NCBI GenBank assembly: GCA_002633005.1
Contig: NMRA01000387.1
Coordinates: 173,017-237,016 of the forward strand
Direction: 5' to 3'
Length of the DNA: 64,000 nt
Origin: Phoronis australis
Lineage: Eukaryota > Animalia > Phoronida
Numbering within the stretch: the stretch's first letter is position 1; the number at the start of each line of letters is the position of its first letter. The position numbers and the translations under genes were made by a program. The notes beneath the pieces were generated by a model that worked only from the letters and a program-made list of their open reading frames with translations, searched no databases and was not told the origin of the DNA. Shown piece by piece: positions 23,378 through 35,996 of this stretch.

Positions 23378-24338
23378 GTAGGGGTTTACTTTCAACTGTA
23401 TTTAGAAGCAATAATCTTGACTATTGTATATAAATGGTGGTATAAGTGATAATTATTACTATGTAGTTACTAAAAGTATCAAATTATTTTAAAACTGTAT
23501 TTGTAATACATTAAAGAATGATAGAAACATATAATCAGTAACATAACAATCGGGAATATTCGGTAATATGCTTGAACTTTGGAGATAGTATGGCTGAAGT
23601 GGAATTTAATATTTTTCAACAAAAAAAACTTGTGAGAAATGTTAAATTTGTTCCCTCCGTAGTGTTTTGGTACAGTACAGTGCATTTTGGCAGACTGTAT
23701 TTACATCAATGTTGTAAACCTTTGAATATTGGGAAAATTGTGGGTTTAACAATTTATTATTTTTTCTCACGTTGAATAATTTTTACCGCAATTAACTGCA
23801 GCGAGGTCACATGAAGATTTAATATCTTCCCAAGAGCATGTTATTGTAAGTCAAATTAGACTAGATGGTCATTTTCAACCCAAAGACATGGTTCATGGGG
23901 CCTTGCAATTGTGTAAATGAATCTGAAATTTATAAAAGCGAACTTTTTAGTAAATTGTGGACTGGTACAAGAGCATTTGTCAGTGTCAATTTCTGCTGTT
24001 TTTGTAGTCATTGATCTTAAAATTGTGTCTTGCTCTTATGGTAGGAATAGTTTATTCTTCTGGAATGTTTTAGCAATCCTGAATATAAGACCATGACTTT
24101 GTATTCACATACAAGGCTATACTGTTATGTTATAATTAGTCATGTTCATAGTTGTAAATATTGTGAAAGATGAGAAAATATCGGGTAGCTTAAACTATAC
24201 GACAAAATGCGATGCATCACAATGTGAAATGCGAATATCCTGAATATAAAACCACAGAATTTTGATGTATTCTTTTTTAATTGTTATTTGCTACATTCTC
24301 ATATTTCTTTTGTAAATTCATAATTGAATTCCTGCCAG

Positions 24339-24513
24339 GAGCACAAAAAGGCACTAGTGTCTGATGATGACCAGATGTCGTCGCTGGTGTGGATCTGTAC
24401 GACGGCGCAGGCAACCAGCCGCGTGACGGTGATAGACGCCAACAACCCCGGCGAAATTCTGGAGTGTTTTCATGTGACTTCGTCACACATTCTGTGCATA
24501 GCCAGTGTACCAG
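24339..24513 (+). CDS. MAPK8IP3: JIP3/4 exon (SSLVWICT...HILCIASVP-G)
   Basis: ctgccag acceptor, CAG|gtatga donor. Confidence 0.95.
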
Positions 24514-25010
24514 GTATGAAACGCTACGTGGGTTTGGTTTGTGCAGCGACAAGTGTTACAACGATTTATCGCCAATGCCATCACTAATTAAAAGAAATTA
24601 AAATCAAGTCCAAGACAGTGAAGAATTCATGCACACAAGGCAAAATGTTTGGTGTTTGTATAAAGTTTTTAATCGATTCTGAAAAAATTTGATTCCCACC
24701 ATTAATAACTATGCCTGATTGAAATAAGCTGTGTGGTTTAGCTGGCAACTAGTGTGTTTGTAACACTTACAGTTTGGTTCACATGTCTGTTGTGTGGGTT
24801 GAATGGTATTTTGCACCGTGTGGCCCAGCCCCCTCAAATGGTGCTGGCATGCTGTTTTTGGGATATAGTTACGAACTCTTATTCTTAAGAAATTGTAGTT
24901 GGGTCCCTGCTTGCATCATCCAAGATCCACCAGTGGGCATCATTGGAAAGGCTTACAGTAACCCTTGTCGCGTATGTTACATCATAACATCCTTTTTCTT
25001 CATTCAATAG

Positions 25011-25259
25011 GTGCAAAAGAGAACGACTTTCCTGTTGACGAGGAATTCTTAAACATTGGTGAGAGCACACAATCTGAGTCATCCAGTCAGAGTCAGATGA
25101 GTAAGAACTCAAGCTCGGCCAGTCTGACCAGTGAGAACAGTGGAAGTACCGATGCAACTGGGATAGGGGGCGTTACCTTTGTGCAGTGTGCAACAGGAAG
25201 TAGTCGAGCTAGTAATGCAGCAACACCTGTTGGCTCACCAGCGACACCAACGGTGAAAG
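25011..25259 (+). CDS. MAPK8IP3: JIP3/4 exon (GAKENDFP...TPTVK), Ser/Thr-rich linker
   Basis: caatag acceptor, AAG|gtatgg donor. Confidence 0.9.
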
Positions 25260-25639
25260 GTATGGGAAGTGTGTAATCGTATAAAAACAAGTCTTCTACA
25301 GTAGCTGCTGTAAACTCTTGTGTATTGCATGTAAACTCATTCTGTATTGACAGTCATTAATTTTGTTTAATCCGTGTTCTAGAAAATTGGGGTTCTGTTT
25401 TGTTCAGTTTATCTAATAATTAAACTTTTATCCGTAGCTTGGTTTGTAGCGTAGTTGTTACATTTTGCTTATTTGCTGCGATTAGTGAAATGGGAAAAAT
25501 GACAATTTTTGCCAATTGTATTCAGCTGATTGTAGTATTTGGCATGCTGCTTTCATATGGTTACTTAATTGCCGATTTCATGCTGCCAATTATGTTAACA
25601 TTGCTACATTCATACTGTTCCACTCCTGTTAATACATTC

Positions 25640-25835
25640 ATATTGCTGCTTTTGCATTATTTGCTACTTTCATATTGCTACTTTCATATTGCTACTTTCA
25701 CATTGGCTACTTTCATATTGCTATGTTCATATCGCTACGTTCATATTGCTACTTTCATGTTGCTCCGTTCATATTACTTCTTACATATTGCTCCATTCAT
25801 ATTGCTGCTTCCATATTCCTACTTCCATATTGCTA
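25640..25835. repeat. 15-bp minisatellite (catattgctactttc); second copy ~26900-27101
   Basis: Tandem degenerate units. Confidence 0.85.
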
Positions 25836-25837
25836 AG

Positions 25838-25915
25838 AGCTGAGTCCTGAAGCCAGAACCAGTATTACACAAGTAACTGAGGCCGTACAGAATATGACAG
25901 CTGATACTCTCCGAG
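25838..25915 (+). CDS. MAPK8IP3: JIP3/4 candidate 78-nt phase-1 exon (ELSPEARTSITQVTEAVQNMTADTLR); duplicate at 27104-27181
   Basis: ctaag acceptor, GAG|gtaaca donor, open frame; the only difference between copies is synonymous (CTC/CTT). Confidence 0.65.
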
Positions 25916-28353
25916 GTAACAAGCATTAGGTTATAATTTGCACGTGATAGGAAATGCGTGAGAGCAAGTGTTATCCTTATTGCAGTGTATCTGTCCATTT
26001 AGTGCACGGAATAGCCACGTCCCCAATTCATACTCTCCTCTTTTGCGGAGATAGAGAACGCACTGTTTGGATGACTGACTTTAATTTATTGTTTGGTAGA
26101 TAGGCAACTAAGACACTTTTGAGGTGGACATTAATAGAAATGGTTTACCACACCCTGCTGAACTTGTTGGATTCGTTGGTGTCAACAATGAAGACAAGCT
26201 GTACTGCCCTTGACAAAAGATACATTTACGTATTTTTCATTAGGCTCAGTATTCTTATTAAAGCTGTACTTTGCCCTGTTTAGCTGGCTGAAACAAAAAT
26301 CGAATTGGGCCTTTAATTCTCATAAAATAGGTCTAAAATTCCTTGCCATGATAGGGCTTTTTTTCAATGATAAAGAATAACATAAAATTACAGGCCTTCA
26401 TATACTGGTTATGAGATGCAGTAGAAAANAGTAATGCAGCAACACCTGTTGGCTCACCAGCAACACCAACGGTGAAAGGTATGGATAAAGTGTGGAATCG
26501 TATAAAAACAAGTCTTCTACAGTAGCTGCTGTAAACTCTTGTGTATTGCATGTAAACTCATTCTGTATTGACAGTCATTTATACTCTAGCTCATTCATCA
26601 TTAATTTTGTTTAATCTGTGTTCTAGAAAATTGGGGTTCTGTTTTGTTCAGTTTACCTAATAATTAAACTTTTATCCGTAGCTTGGTTTGTAGCGTAGTT
26701 GTTACATTTTGCTTATTTGCTGCGATTAGTAAAATGGGAAAAATGACAATTTTTGCCAATTGTATTCAGCTGATTGTATTCAGCTGATTGCAGTATTTGG
26801 CATGCTGCTTTCATATGGTTACTTAATTGCTAATTTCATGCTGCCAATTATGTCAACATTGCTACATTCATACTGTTACACTCCTGTTAATACATTGCTG
26901 CTTTTACATTATTTGCTACTTTCATATTGCTACTTTCATATTGCTACTTTCACATTTGCTACTTTCATATTGCCATGTTCATATTGCTACATTCATATTG
27001 CTACTTTCATGTTGCTCCGTTCATATTACTTCTTTCATATTGCTCCATTCGTATTGCTACTTCCATATTGCTACTTCCATATTGCTACTTCCATATTGCT
27101 AAGAGCTGAGTCCTGAAGCCAGAACCAGTATTACACAAGTAACTGAGGCCGTACAGAATATGACAGCTGATACTCTTCGAGGTAACAAGCATTAGGTTAT
27201 AATTTGCACGTGCTAGGAAATACATGAGAGCAAGTGTTATCCTTATTGCAGTGTATCTGTCCATTTAGTGCACGGAATAGCCATGTCCCCAATTCATACT
27301 CTCCTCTTTTGCGGAGATAGAGAACGCACTGTTTGGATGACTGACTTTAATTTATTGTTTGGTAGATAGGCAACTAAGACACTTTTGAGGTGGACATTAA
27401 TAGAAATGGTTTACCACACCCTGCTGAACTTGTTGGATTCGTTGGTGTCAATAATCAAGATAAGCTGTACTGCACTTAGCTGGACAAAGGATACATTTAC
27501 GTATTTGTCATTAGGCTCAGTATTCTTATTAAAGCTGTACTTTGCCCTGTTTAGCTGGCTGAAACAAAAATCGAATTGGGCCTTTAATTCTCATAAAATA
27601 GGTCTAAAATTCCTTGCCATGATAGGGCTTGTTTTCAATGATAAAGAATAACATAAAATTACAGACCTTCAATACTGGTTATGAGATGCAGTAGAAAATC
27701 GTTGGTTTTATTAGTTGGCCAATCCTATAATTCTCAAATGGCATACAAAGATAAGCCAGTCACATGACCGATGACACTCAATGAGTGGCCATTTCCTGTG
27801 AGTTCAGTAGATCAGCTGTTGATTTTGACTCTAGTTGAAAACTTGAAATATATTTAAAGTGACAGCTTAACATTGCACAATTCAGCTTTATTTACAGTAC
27901 TGTACAAGCAGTGTAGCATTGTGATATTTTAAGAAGTGTGTAACTTGTCGCTGTTAGATCTGTTCATAGTTAGCTCAGAACCTAGCTACAAACCAAACCA
28001 AAACTCTGTGAAACAGATAAAAACTCAAGTCTCGTTTTGTAACTTGACAAAAACTTTAGATCCTCGTGGATTCTTTCCATGAGCCACTACTCTTGTACCA
28101 TAAGCATGTCCCTGTTTTTACTCTAAAAGGCACTTGCTAATTTCAACCTATCCATAACATGCTCAAAGTTTTTGTAAATTTCTCTAAACCCAACTTTTAA
28201 AAGGCTAGTGGTAACATTTTTATTTCTTACTTTATGTCCTTTCATCCATGCATCTGTTTTCTTGTCCTTCTGTCAGTCTGTTTGTCTGTCTGTGTTTTTG
28301 TCTGTTATTAATGTCTGTCTGTCTGTGTGTCTCACGGTTTGACTTTACTTTAG

Positions 28354-28413
28354 ATGAGTTTTCTGTGGATCCTTCACTGAGTGCTGAAGAGGATGATGAA
28401 AACAATGCTGCAG
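28354..28413 (+). CDS. MAPK8IP3: JIP3/4 60-nt exon (DEFSVDPSLSAEEDDENNAA)
   Basis: ctttag acceptor, CAG|gtgaaa donor, phase 1/1. Confidence 0.75.
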
Positions 28414-28784
28414 GTGAAATTGCCATAAACTTGTAATGTCTTGAAAGTTTTCCTTTGAAATTGCTTAACGTGTGAAATTGAACAATGATCTTCGAAGCAT
28501 ACTTCTGAATATGCCTGGCTTGTGAGGTGACAGAAAAGGATTTGTGTGTGTAAAACATTCCAGTCAGACTTTGAACAGCTAGAAGTTTTTAATGGAGTAT
28601 GTTGCAGATATTGCTCGAAGGATGTAAAGCATTGTGGGTCATGCCATCACTTAGTAACACTGCATCTTTTCGTGTTATACCAAGTTGCCAATTTGTTCCT
28701 TTTGTCTGTTCACATAGTGATGCTACTGTATGTATTGTTCCAAAGACGATGGTTGTCTTACGAAAGTCTGGCTTATTTTTTTAG

Positions 28785-28895
28785 ATCCTCTCGATGCATC
28801 TAACACTGATACAATCAAGACAACAGTAATCCGGGCAGTTGGGTCACCAGTACATTCAAATGAGAGCTCACCTGCCAGAACCCTCATCTCTTCAG
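28785..28895 (+). CDS. MAPK8IP3: JIP3/4 111-nt exon (DPLDASNTDT...RTLISS)
   Basis: tttttttag acceptor, CAG|gtgagc donor, phase 1/1, open frame. Confidence 0.78.
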
Positions 28896-29930
28896 GTGAG
28901 CCATGTTGAACTGTGCACAATCTGTGCTAGGACTACAGTTGACATTTACTAACCGGTCATCCTCGATCCAATATTGGGCAATTGTCACATACAGCTATCC
29001 CTGGTTTTGAGAACACAAGCAATTTGATGCTCGTTATTCGGTGGAGGAAACTATTTCACAAAATGCATTGGCCTCTGTAAGTGACTTTTACCCAAGAGTT
29101 TTTAATGCAGGAGATTAAAAATATCTTATACACCATTGATCTTTTTGTTATACCTAAACCTTGTTTTTAAGTATGAAGTCTAAAACAATGACATACTCAG
29201 TTTTCATTTTCCAAAGGTTTACACTTAATAACAGATGTGTGGCACAAATTTTTTTGGCCAAAATTCACCTTGTCATCAAATTGCATGAAGTCCAAAGTCA
29301 CGTATTTTATTAATAAATACCTGGTATCTAATGGAAATACAACACTCCACTGATCTCTTTGTCGTAACTTGCCTGAATCAATGAAAAAATGATTGATATA
29401 CACAGCTGAAGAAGATCGATTAGGTTTCCTGCCTGTCCTTTCTCGCCAAAGTGGAAAAGGTAATGCCGTGTGTAAGAAGCACTTGACCTCGGCTTGCTTT
29501 TGCAATTTAAGGGCTGCACGCTTCTTATTCATGTTAAAATTGACTACAAAAGGAGGATATGTCCACTTACATTCTTGGTTAATTTTTATTTCTTCATCAG
29601 TGCTTTATATCACTTTTTAGAGAGTTGGGTTATGAGGTGTCAGCACTACTGCTGATGTAAGAACAGTGTTTTTTCATGGAGATCTAATTTATAATGTCCA
29701 GAAAAGTTAGTCACGAATTGAGTTCTCTTCTAACAAATGATGTGAATTCTATGTTGAATGCTAAAGGATATTCAAAAATCATTTATGATTAGGTTTTGAG
29801 ATAATGTACATTTTGTAGCGGAGGTTCCCAGGACAGTGTCTCCATCTCGTGAGTTCAGAAATGTGCTTCAGATTTGAAACAATTACACTATAGTAATTTA
29901 GGTTTTCTTTGCCTGGCCTCACTTGCAATA

Positions 29931-30900
29931 CCGTATTCACCCTAATAAGCGCCCATGCCACTATAAGCGTCCCCTACGCATTTTCAGACTTTGCTAAAAT
30001 AAGCGCCCAGCCCATGAACGTGACTGCGTATACATGCGAAAAATGCCTTACCTGCAGTTCTAAAATTCTATAGTAACGTCTTCAATTTATCAATAATATC
30101 TGACAGTCCTGACAGGCCTTTCAGAACAGACGCAGCTTACTTATCAACAGGATTGTATCGTATCTTTCCTGTACAGATTTTCTCCCTCAACAGGAATCTA
30201 GACTTTTTTGTACACGTGAAAACTGCAAATCGAAGACTAATAAAAAAACTTGACCAGTGTTAAAAGCCCATGGCAAGGAAGCGCACACTACATACATGTA
30301 GGCCTGCTACTGGGGCGAGTGAACTCTGACGACACGCACGTGCTTGCTTGCTCGGCACACACCTGCAGACGAACTTCAAAACAAATGTCACGTGACAACA
30401 ACATGTGTGTTTGTGGGCTGTTCATCCATATTTTTCTCGTGTTGCTGGGTGCGATCTAGCGCAGATTTGGACTTAATCGGCAGTTAATCCCGACTCCACT
30501 GGAAATTAAAAATCTTAGGGACGCTATTTAGAAAACTTTAGGAGGATTTCAGGTAATTTGTTGAGTCGAAACTGTATTTTTATTCAAGAATTCAAGTTGC
30601 CCTAGTGACGATCGCGAGGCAGCGACGCATCAGTTGGCGAGTTTTCACCCAGGGATTTCCGCACAATTTTCTAAAAAAGGATCTAATTTAACAATGAAGT
30701 TTGATAGCAATGCACCACAGTTGTGTGGAAAGTCTATCATAGGTTATAGATATGTCGCAGAGTGTAAATTTGATGAATCTTCGCTTCCAATTTCACCCGT
30801 TTTGGAGAGCGGATTTCAACCGCCTTTGGCTACAATGAGCGCCCCCCCTCCCAAAGCGAGTTTTTCTAAGCTCCCTGGACGCTTATTAGGGCGAATACGG
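29931..30900. mobile_element. Non-autonomous Tc1/mariner-type element (~970 bp)
   Basis: TIRs CCGTATTCACCCTAATAAGCG / CGCTTATTAGGGCGAATACGG, flanked by TA on both sides; partial second copy 31812-32658. Confidence 0.85.
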
Positions 30901-33131
30901 TATATCAATTTATCATTGGTTTTGTGGAAATGCAGTTCTTGCTGTTTTTGCATGAAGTATCCCTTGATGTGGGGTAGTATCCCCTTATGTGGGGTAGTAT
31001 CCCCTTATGTGGGGTAGTATCGCCTAAAATGGGCCTTAGCTTACTACTATTGCTCAATATTATATAATTCTCTTATCCTGTTCCTCCCCTTTTCCTATTT
31101 CTTGGGGCATTTTGCTGCAGTATGCAAATGCTGTACACAGCTAGCTCTCCTTTACAGTCTCACGCAGCACTAGTAAGGTCAAGCCAAAGAGGCAAACTCC
31201 AATGTGAATAAATCAAGTTAGTGACGGTAAATCTTTCAGTTGTAGTAATCAGCCAGCTTCATTCGGTCCGTGATGTAACTAGGAGTTTCAACTCATTGTT
31301 TTCAAAAACCAAAACAAAGGATTCCATCCCTAAGGGCTGTTCCAGCAAAATCTGTATGGGAGGGGGGGGAAGGCACTTTTATTTCGTACCCACCGCCCAT
31401 ATTTTTCATTTATTTCTCCAACCCATGACCCATAATTTTTTAATTATTTTTAATAGGTTAAAATATAAAATCCAACACTTGCAAACAAATTGCCTCCAGG
31501 AGGACCTGTTAAGAACTTAGATGATTGACAGACAAGAACTAGTTGTCTTGTCCAATATTGTCAAAAATTAAAGTAGCCTGTGAACAATACTTTTGGCAGC
31601 CACCAGGTGTCTCTGTTCACCATGTGTCTATAATTTCAATGAACATTTTTTCAATTATAAGGATCTATGAATCTCAAACTGTCTCCACAAACTCTTTTAT
31701 ACTTCTATGTCAAGTGAATATTGGAACTTGTTTATCTTACTCCTCATACTTTTTATTTAAAAATCATCAATTTTCTTATATGTGTTAACACCAGTTTAGT
31801 GTTGCATAACNTGCGAAAAATGCTTCACCTGCAGTTCTAAAATTCTACAGTAATGTCTTCAATTTATCAATAATATCTGAATGTCCTGACAGGCCTTTCA
31901 GAACAGACACAGCGTACTTATCAACAGGATTGTATCGTATCTTTCCTGTACAGATTTTCTCCCTCAACAGACTTCTTTGTACACGTGAAAACCGCAAATC
32001 GAAGTCTAATAAAAAAACTTGGCCAGTGTTAAAGGCCCGTGGCCAGGAAGCGCGCGCTACATACATGTAGGCCTGCTACTGGGGCGAGTGAACTCTTGAT
32101 GACACGCACGTGCTTGCTTACTCGGCACACACCTGCAGACGAACTTCAAAACAAATGTCACGTGACAACAACATGTGTGTTTGTGGGCTGTTCATCCATA
32201 TTTTTCTCGTGTTGCGGGGTGCGGTCTAGCGCAGATTTGGACTTAATCGGCAGTTAATCCCGACACCACAGGAACTTAAAAATCTTAGGGACGCTATTCG
32301 GAAAACTTAAGGAGGATTTCAGGTAATTTGTTGAGTCGAAACTGTATTTTTATTCAAGAATTCAAGTTGCCCTAGCGACAATCGCGAGGCAGCAATGCAT
32401 CAGTCGGCGAGTTTTTGCCCAGGGATTTCCGCACCATTTTCTAAACAAGGATATATATTTACAATTAAGTTTGATAGCAATGCACCACAGTTTTGTGGAA
32501 AGTCTATCGTAGGTTATAGATATGTCGCAGAGCGTAAATTTGATGAATCTTCACCCGTTTTGGACAGCGGATTTCAACCGCCTTTGGCTACAATAAGCGC
32601 CCCCCCTCCCAAAACGAGTTTTTCTAAGCGCCCTGGACGCTTATTAGGGCGAATACGGTATGTCAATTTATCATTGGTTTTGTGGAAAGGCAGTTCTTGC
32701 TGTTTTTGCATGAAGTATCCCCTGATGTGGGGTAGTATCCCCTTATGTGGGGTAGTATCCCCTTATGTGGGGTAGTATCCCCTTATGTGGGGTAGTATCC
32801 CCTTATGTGGGGTAGTATCGCCTAAAATGGGCCTTAGCTTACAACTATTGCTCAATATTATATAATTCTCTTATCCTGTTCCTCCCCTTTTCCTATTTCT
32901 TGGGGCATTTTGCTGCAGTATGCAAATGCTGTACACAGCTAGCTCTCCTTTAAAGTCTCACGCAGCACTAGTAAGGTCAAGCTAAAGAGGCAAACTCCAA
33001 TGTGAATAAATCAAGTTAGCGATGGTAAATCTTTCAGTTGTAGTAATCAGCCAGCTTCATTCGGTCCATGATGTAATTAGGAGTTTCAACTCATTGTTTT
33101 CAAAAACCAAAACAAAGGATTCCATCCCTAA
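30035..33131. repeat. ~1.3 kb direct duplication (30035-31333 / 31812-33131); second copy begins after single N31811
   Basis: Near-identical copies; probable allelic haplotypes. Confidence 0.88.
30961..31020. repeat. 20-bp VNTR (ccccttatgtggggtagtat) x3; x5 at 32719-32818
   Basis: Head-to-tail units, no spacers. Confidence 0.9.
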
Positions 33132-34867
33132 ACAGGAACCATTAGTTTTTAAATATAGCTCTGCAGTGTATATGGCTTTCACATACTACGATTTGAGCAC
33201 TGAGTATTCAACGATTTAGTAAGAAATACATGTCACGGTAACATATCAAATTCTTTGAATGAAATTATATAACTAAACAACGTCTAGGTGAGTAACAAAT
33301 GTAGCTGTTTGTTGGTTTGTATTTATTGTACTGTATGTTGTGGGTTGATGACATGACTGTAACATCGCTGCATCAATCGTCGATGTTTAGTGATGACGTA
33401 CGTGACACTATTATGACGCATTTGGACCCTTAGATGGCTACAGAAATGCAGTCACATGTCATTTCAAAAAAATTTTCAAAGGTCTTGGATTTTTCCAAGT
33501 TAGGTAACTTTGGGGCAATTTAGCACTTGAAATTTTTACAAAATGATCTGTTTGGATTAATGGGTGTGCACCGACAATGGTTGCACCCACTGTATGCTAC
33601 AAGGGAGTTGAGAAAGATTAAGATTGACCCGGTCGATAGCCAGGTAAAAATTTTCGAGCTGCTTAATAGTAATTTATGGCACTATTTAATTGTGGCCTAA
33701 TTATTATCATTTTTCTCAATTTTAACATTTTAATTTTATCAGACTGGGTCCAAAACGTCAAACTGACGTCATACTAAACAAGCGAATGCCGTTGCTTAAT
33801 TTTCAGTTCTAAAACTTCAAAGAGACTTAGCAAAAAGCATTCTTGTCTAATAGTGTGTTATTAACACAAATAACTTGGGAATTCAATTGATGGCACACGC
33901 AATTATTATAAAGTGTTGGAAATGTGAATTACTTATAAACGTTGCCATAGTTACCAGGTGAGCGTTGATGTAAATTTTTCAAATTCAGTTTGATCAAATG
34001 TCAATCGACGTAACATGAGTGTTTTTCAAAGATTGGATAACAAGAAGAGTTATTTGCCTACTGTAGATATTAGATATAACAAACTTTGTTTCAAAGTCAG
34101 TGAATTTTTGATAACATGCATTGTGTAACAATACAATTTCTTGAAAGTTAAATATTTGTGAATTCGCGGCTTATTTTATTTTATTTCTTTACCATAGCAA
34201 TATTATGCCAACGGACGGTGGTATGATTATTACACAGCTTTTGTTTTGCTTTTTTCTTAAAAAAAATGTGACACTTATGTGGCTGTCATGACAGGTAATG
34301 ACTTGTCACACTTACTTTGCACTCAATAAATTTAAATATTTTCCTGATAATCAGGGTGTGGCAAATAAACTGAAGTTGATGGGTGTGCGAAATTGACTGT
34401 AACCAACATTGCTAACTGCCGCGTGTGAATTTAATGAAACGCAGACTGTGGGTTGTCAACGTGATCCAATTAATAGTAATTAATTCAATTATTTTATCTT
34501 CTTCCAATATAAGTAGTCAGTAATTTAACCCATGATTAGTGAAACACATGTTTCAGCGTATGGCTGTGATTGACACCATGCTTATCCAAGTCTTCCTATT
34601 CATCACATGTAAATAAGCGAATGAGATATTCGATATTTTGGGATAAATCAAATGCTGAATATACAATTTCACATCTCCTTAATACAGTGAGAAAGATATG
34701 TACTACTAGAATTAATTACAAAGGTTTTGCAGTAGCATTTTCCGAAGTAAAAAACTGGCTGTGTGAATAAGATGGCGAGGTAAAAAATTCAACCAAGAAG
34801 CCTCATGCGAAATGAGTGTGCTAAATTAGTTAAGAATAACACTTGCTGTGATTCGACATTCCAGCAG

Positions 34868-34927
34868 CTGTGCAGGTAACTGTGCAGGTAACTGTGCAGG
34901 TAACTGTGCAGGTAACTGTGCAGGTAA
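34868..34927. repeat. 12-bp tandem repeat (ctgtgcaggtaa) x5
   Basis: Perfect units. Confidence 0.95.
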
Positions 34928-35047
34928 CTTCCACATACACTTAGTCATCGTGATGGGGAAATTCCACTCTGATTATTTTTGGGTTGTAGTATCCATCTTT
35001 TTGCTAGAATTACCACTCAATCTCAAATCTTCACTGCTTTGCTCTAG

Positions 35048-35192
35048 AATCCCGCCGTCTGTCGGAACCAACGGAGCTGGTAAAGGATGGTGTCAATGCC
35101 GTTGCCAACAAAGACAGTGACTTCATGATGGTGCAAGTCAAAAAAATGAGCAGCATATTACCCACCATGTGGCTCGGCTCACAAAGTGGAAG
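35048..35192 (+). CDS. MAPK8IP3: JIP3/4 exon (...KKMSSILPTMWLGSQSG)
   Basis: ctctag acceptor, AG|gtcagt donor; conserved MSS.LPTMWLG. Confidence 0.93.
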
Positions 35193-35721
35193 GTCAGTTG
35201 AGAAGGCTCCGCATGTTGCTGCTGCATATTTAAAATCTAGACCAAACGAGGGCCGTTGATAACAAAGAAATTTTTTTCCAATTGCTGAAAACCCTACCTG
35301 AGACATTATCACTTATTAGCGATTTTTGACCTCAAATTTCCCCCCTGGATGTGTATTATTTCAGTGTGTATTTAGACTTTTTGTCATGAGGTTGGTAATT
35401 CTCCAGTTGAAATGTCACATGACATGCCATATGACCGAAGTCTGCACATGCCCAGAACCCCAAATGTTTCGAAAAGCGATTCTTTGTGTTATTTTTACCT
35501 TGGTGAATTAGTGTTCCTAATGATGCATGACAAGGCATCAGCGGGAAGTTTGAAGTATGAGATTTTGCCTTAACCTAATCACGATGGTTTGGCTGCATTT
35601 AAGACTCACGTATTTGTTTGATTTTCCCTTCCTGGTATGTTTTGGTAGTTGATTTTAAAAATATTGTGAAATTGTTTTGCTGTATTACTTGTTCTATTGA
35701 TTATCTTCCATCTTCTTCCAG

Positions 35722-35802
35722 CTTGTATGTTCATTCAGCCGGCGCTCAGTGGAAGATATGCCTTCACTCTGTCAAATTGAAAGATTCTGTTCTGAGTATT
35801 GT
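35722..35802 (+). CDS. MAPK8IP3: JIP3/4 exon ([27 protein letters not shown])
   Basis: cttccag acceptor, GT|gtaagt donor. Confidence 0.95.
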
Positions 35803-35834
35803 GTAAGTTTTTTTGTCAAAAATCCAAGACAAAT

Positions 35835-35996
35835 ATAGATTATTACATGTCGAAGTTGTTATCCTGTTATCTAGAGCCTGAGTGGATATTGGAGAATTAT
35901 CGCTCGAGGGGCGTTTGCCCCAAGGATGATGATTCTCCAAAATCCACGAGGGCTCTAGATAAGGGGGATAACGACTGAGAACATGTAATAATCTAT
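35835..35996. repeat. ~160-bp imperfect palindrome (foldback element)
   Basis: atagattattacatgt...acatgtaataatctat arms, with inner ttatctagagcc/ggctctagataa and ttggagaat/attctccaa pairs. Confidence 0.85.

Larger units (their letters stand above)
25211..27698. repeat. ~1.2 kb direct duplication (25211-26428 / 26430-27698) joined at a single N; probable uncollapsed haplotypes
   Basis: Near-identical copies with SNPs and indels; junction exactly at N26429. Confidence 0.9.

Noticed and set aside
25439-27116. Hydrophobic His/Tyr-rich ORFs (118-134 aa)
   Set aside because: Translations of the 15-bp minisatellite and flanking intron.
30250-32775. Paired ~127-aa ORFs
   Set aside because: They lie in the non-autonomous TIR element and its haplotype copy, run across its terminus, and show no transposase motifs.
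30961-32818. 20-bp hairpin-like repeats as a CRISPR array
   Set aside because: No spacers, no cas genes, eukaryotic intron; a simple VNTR.
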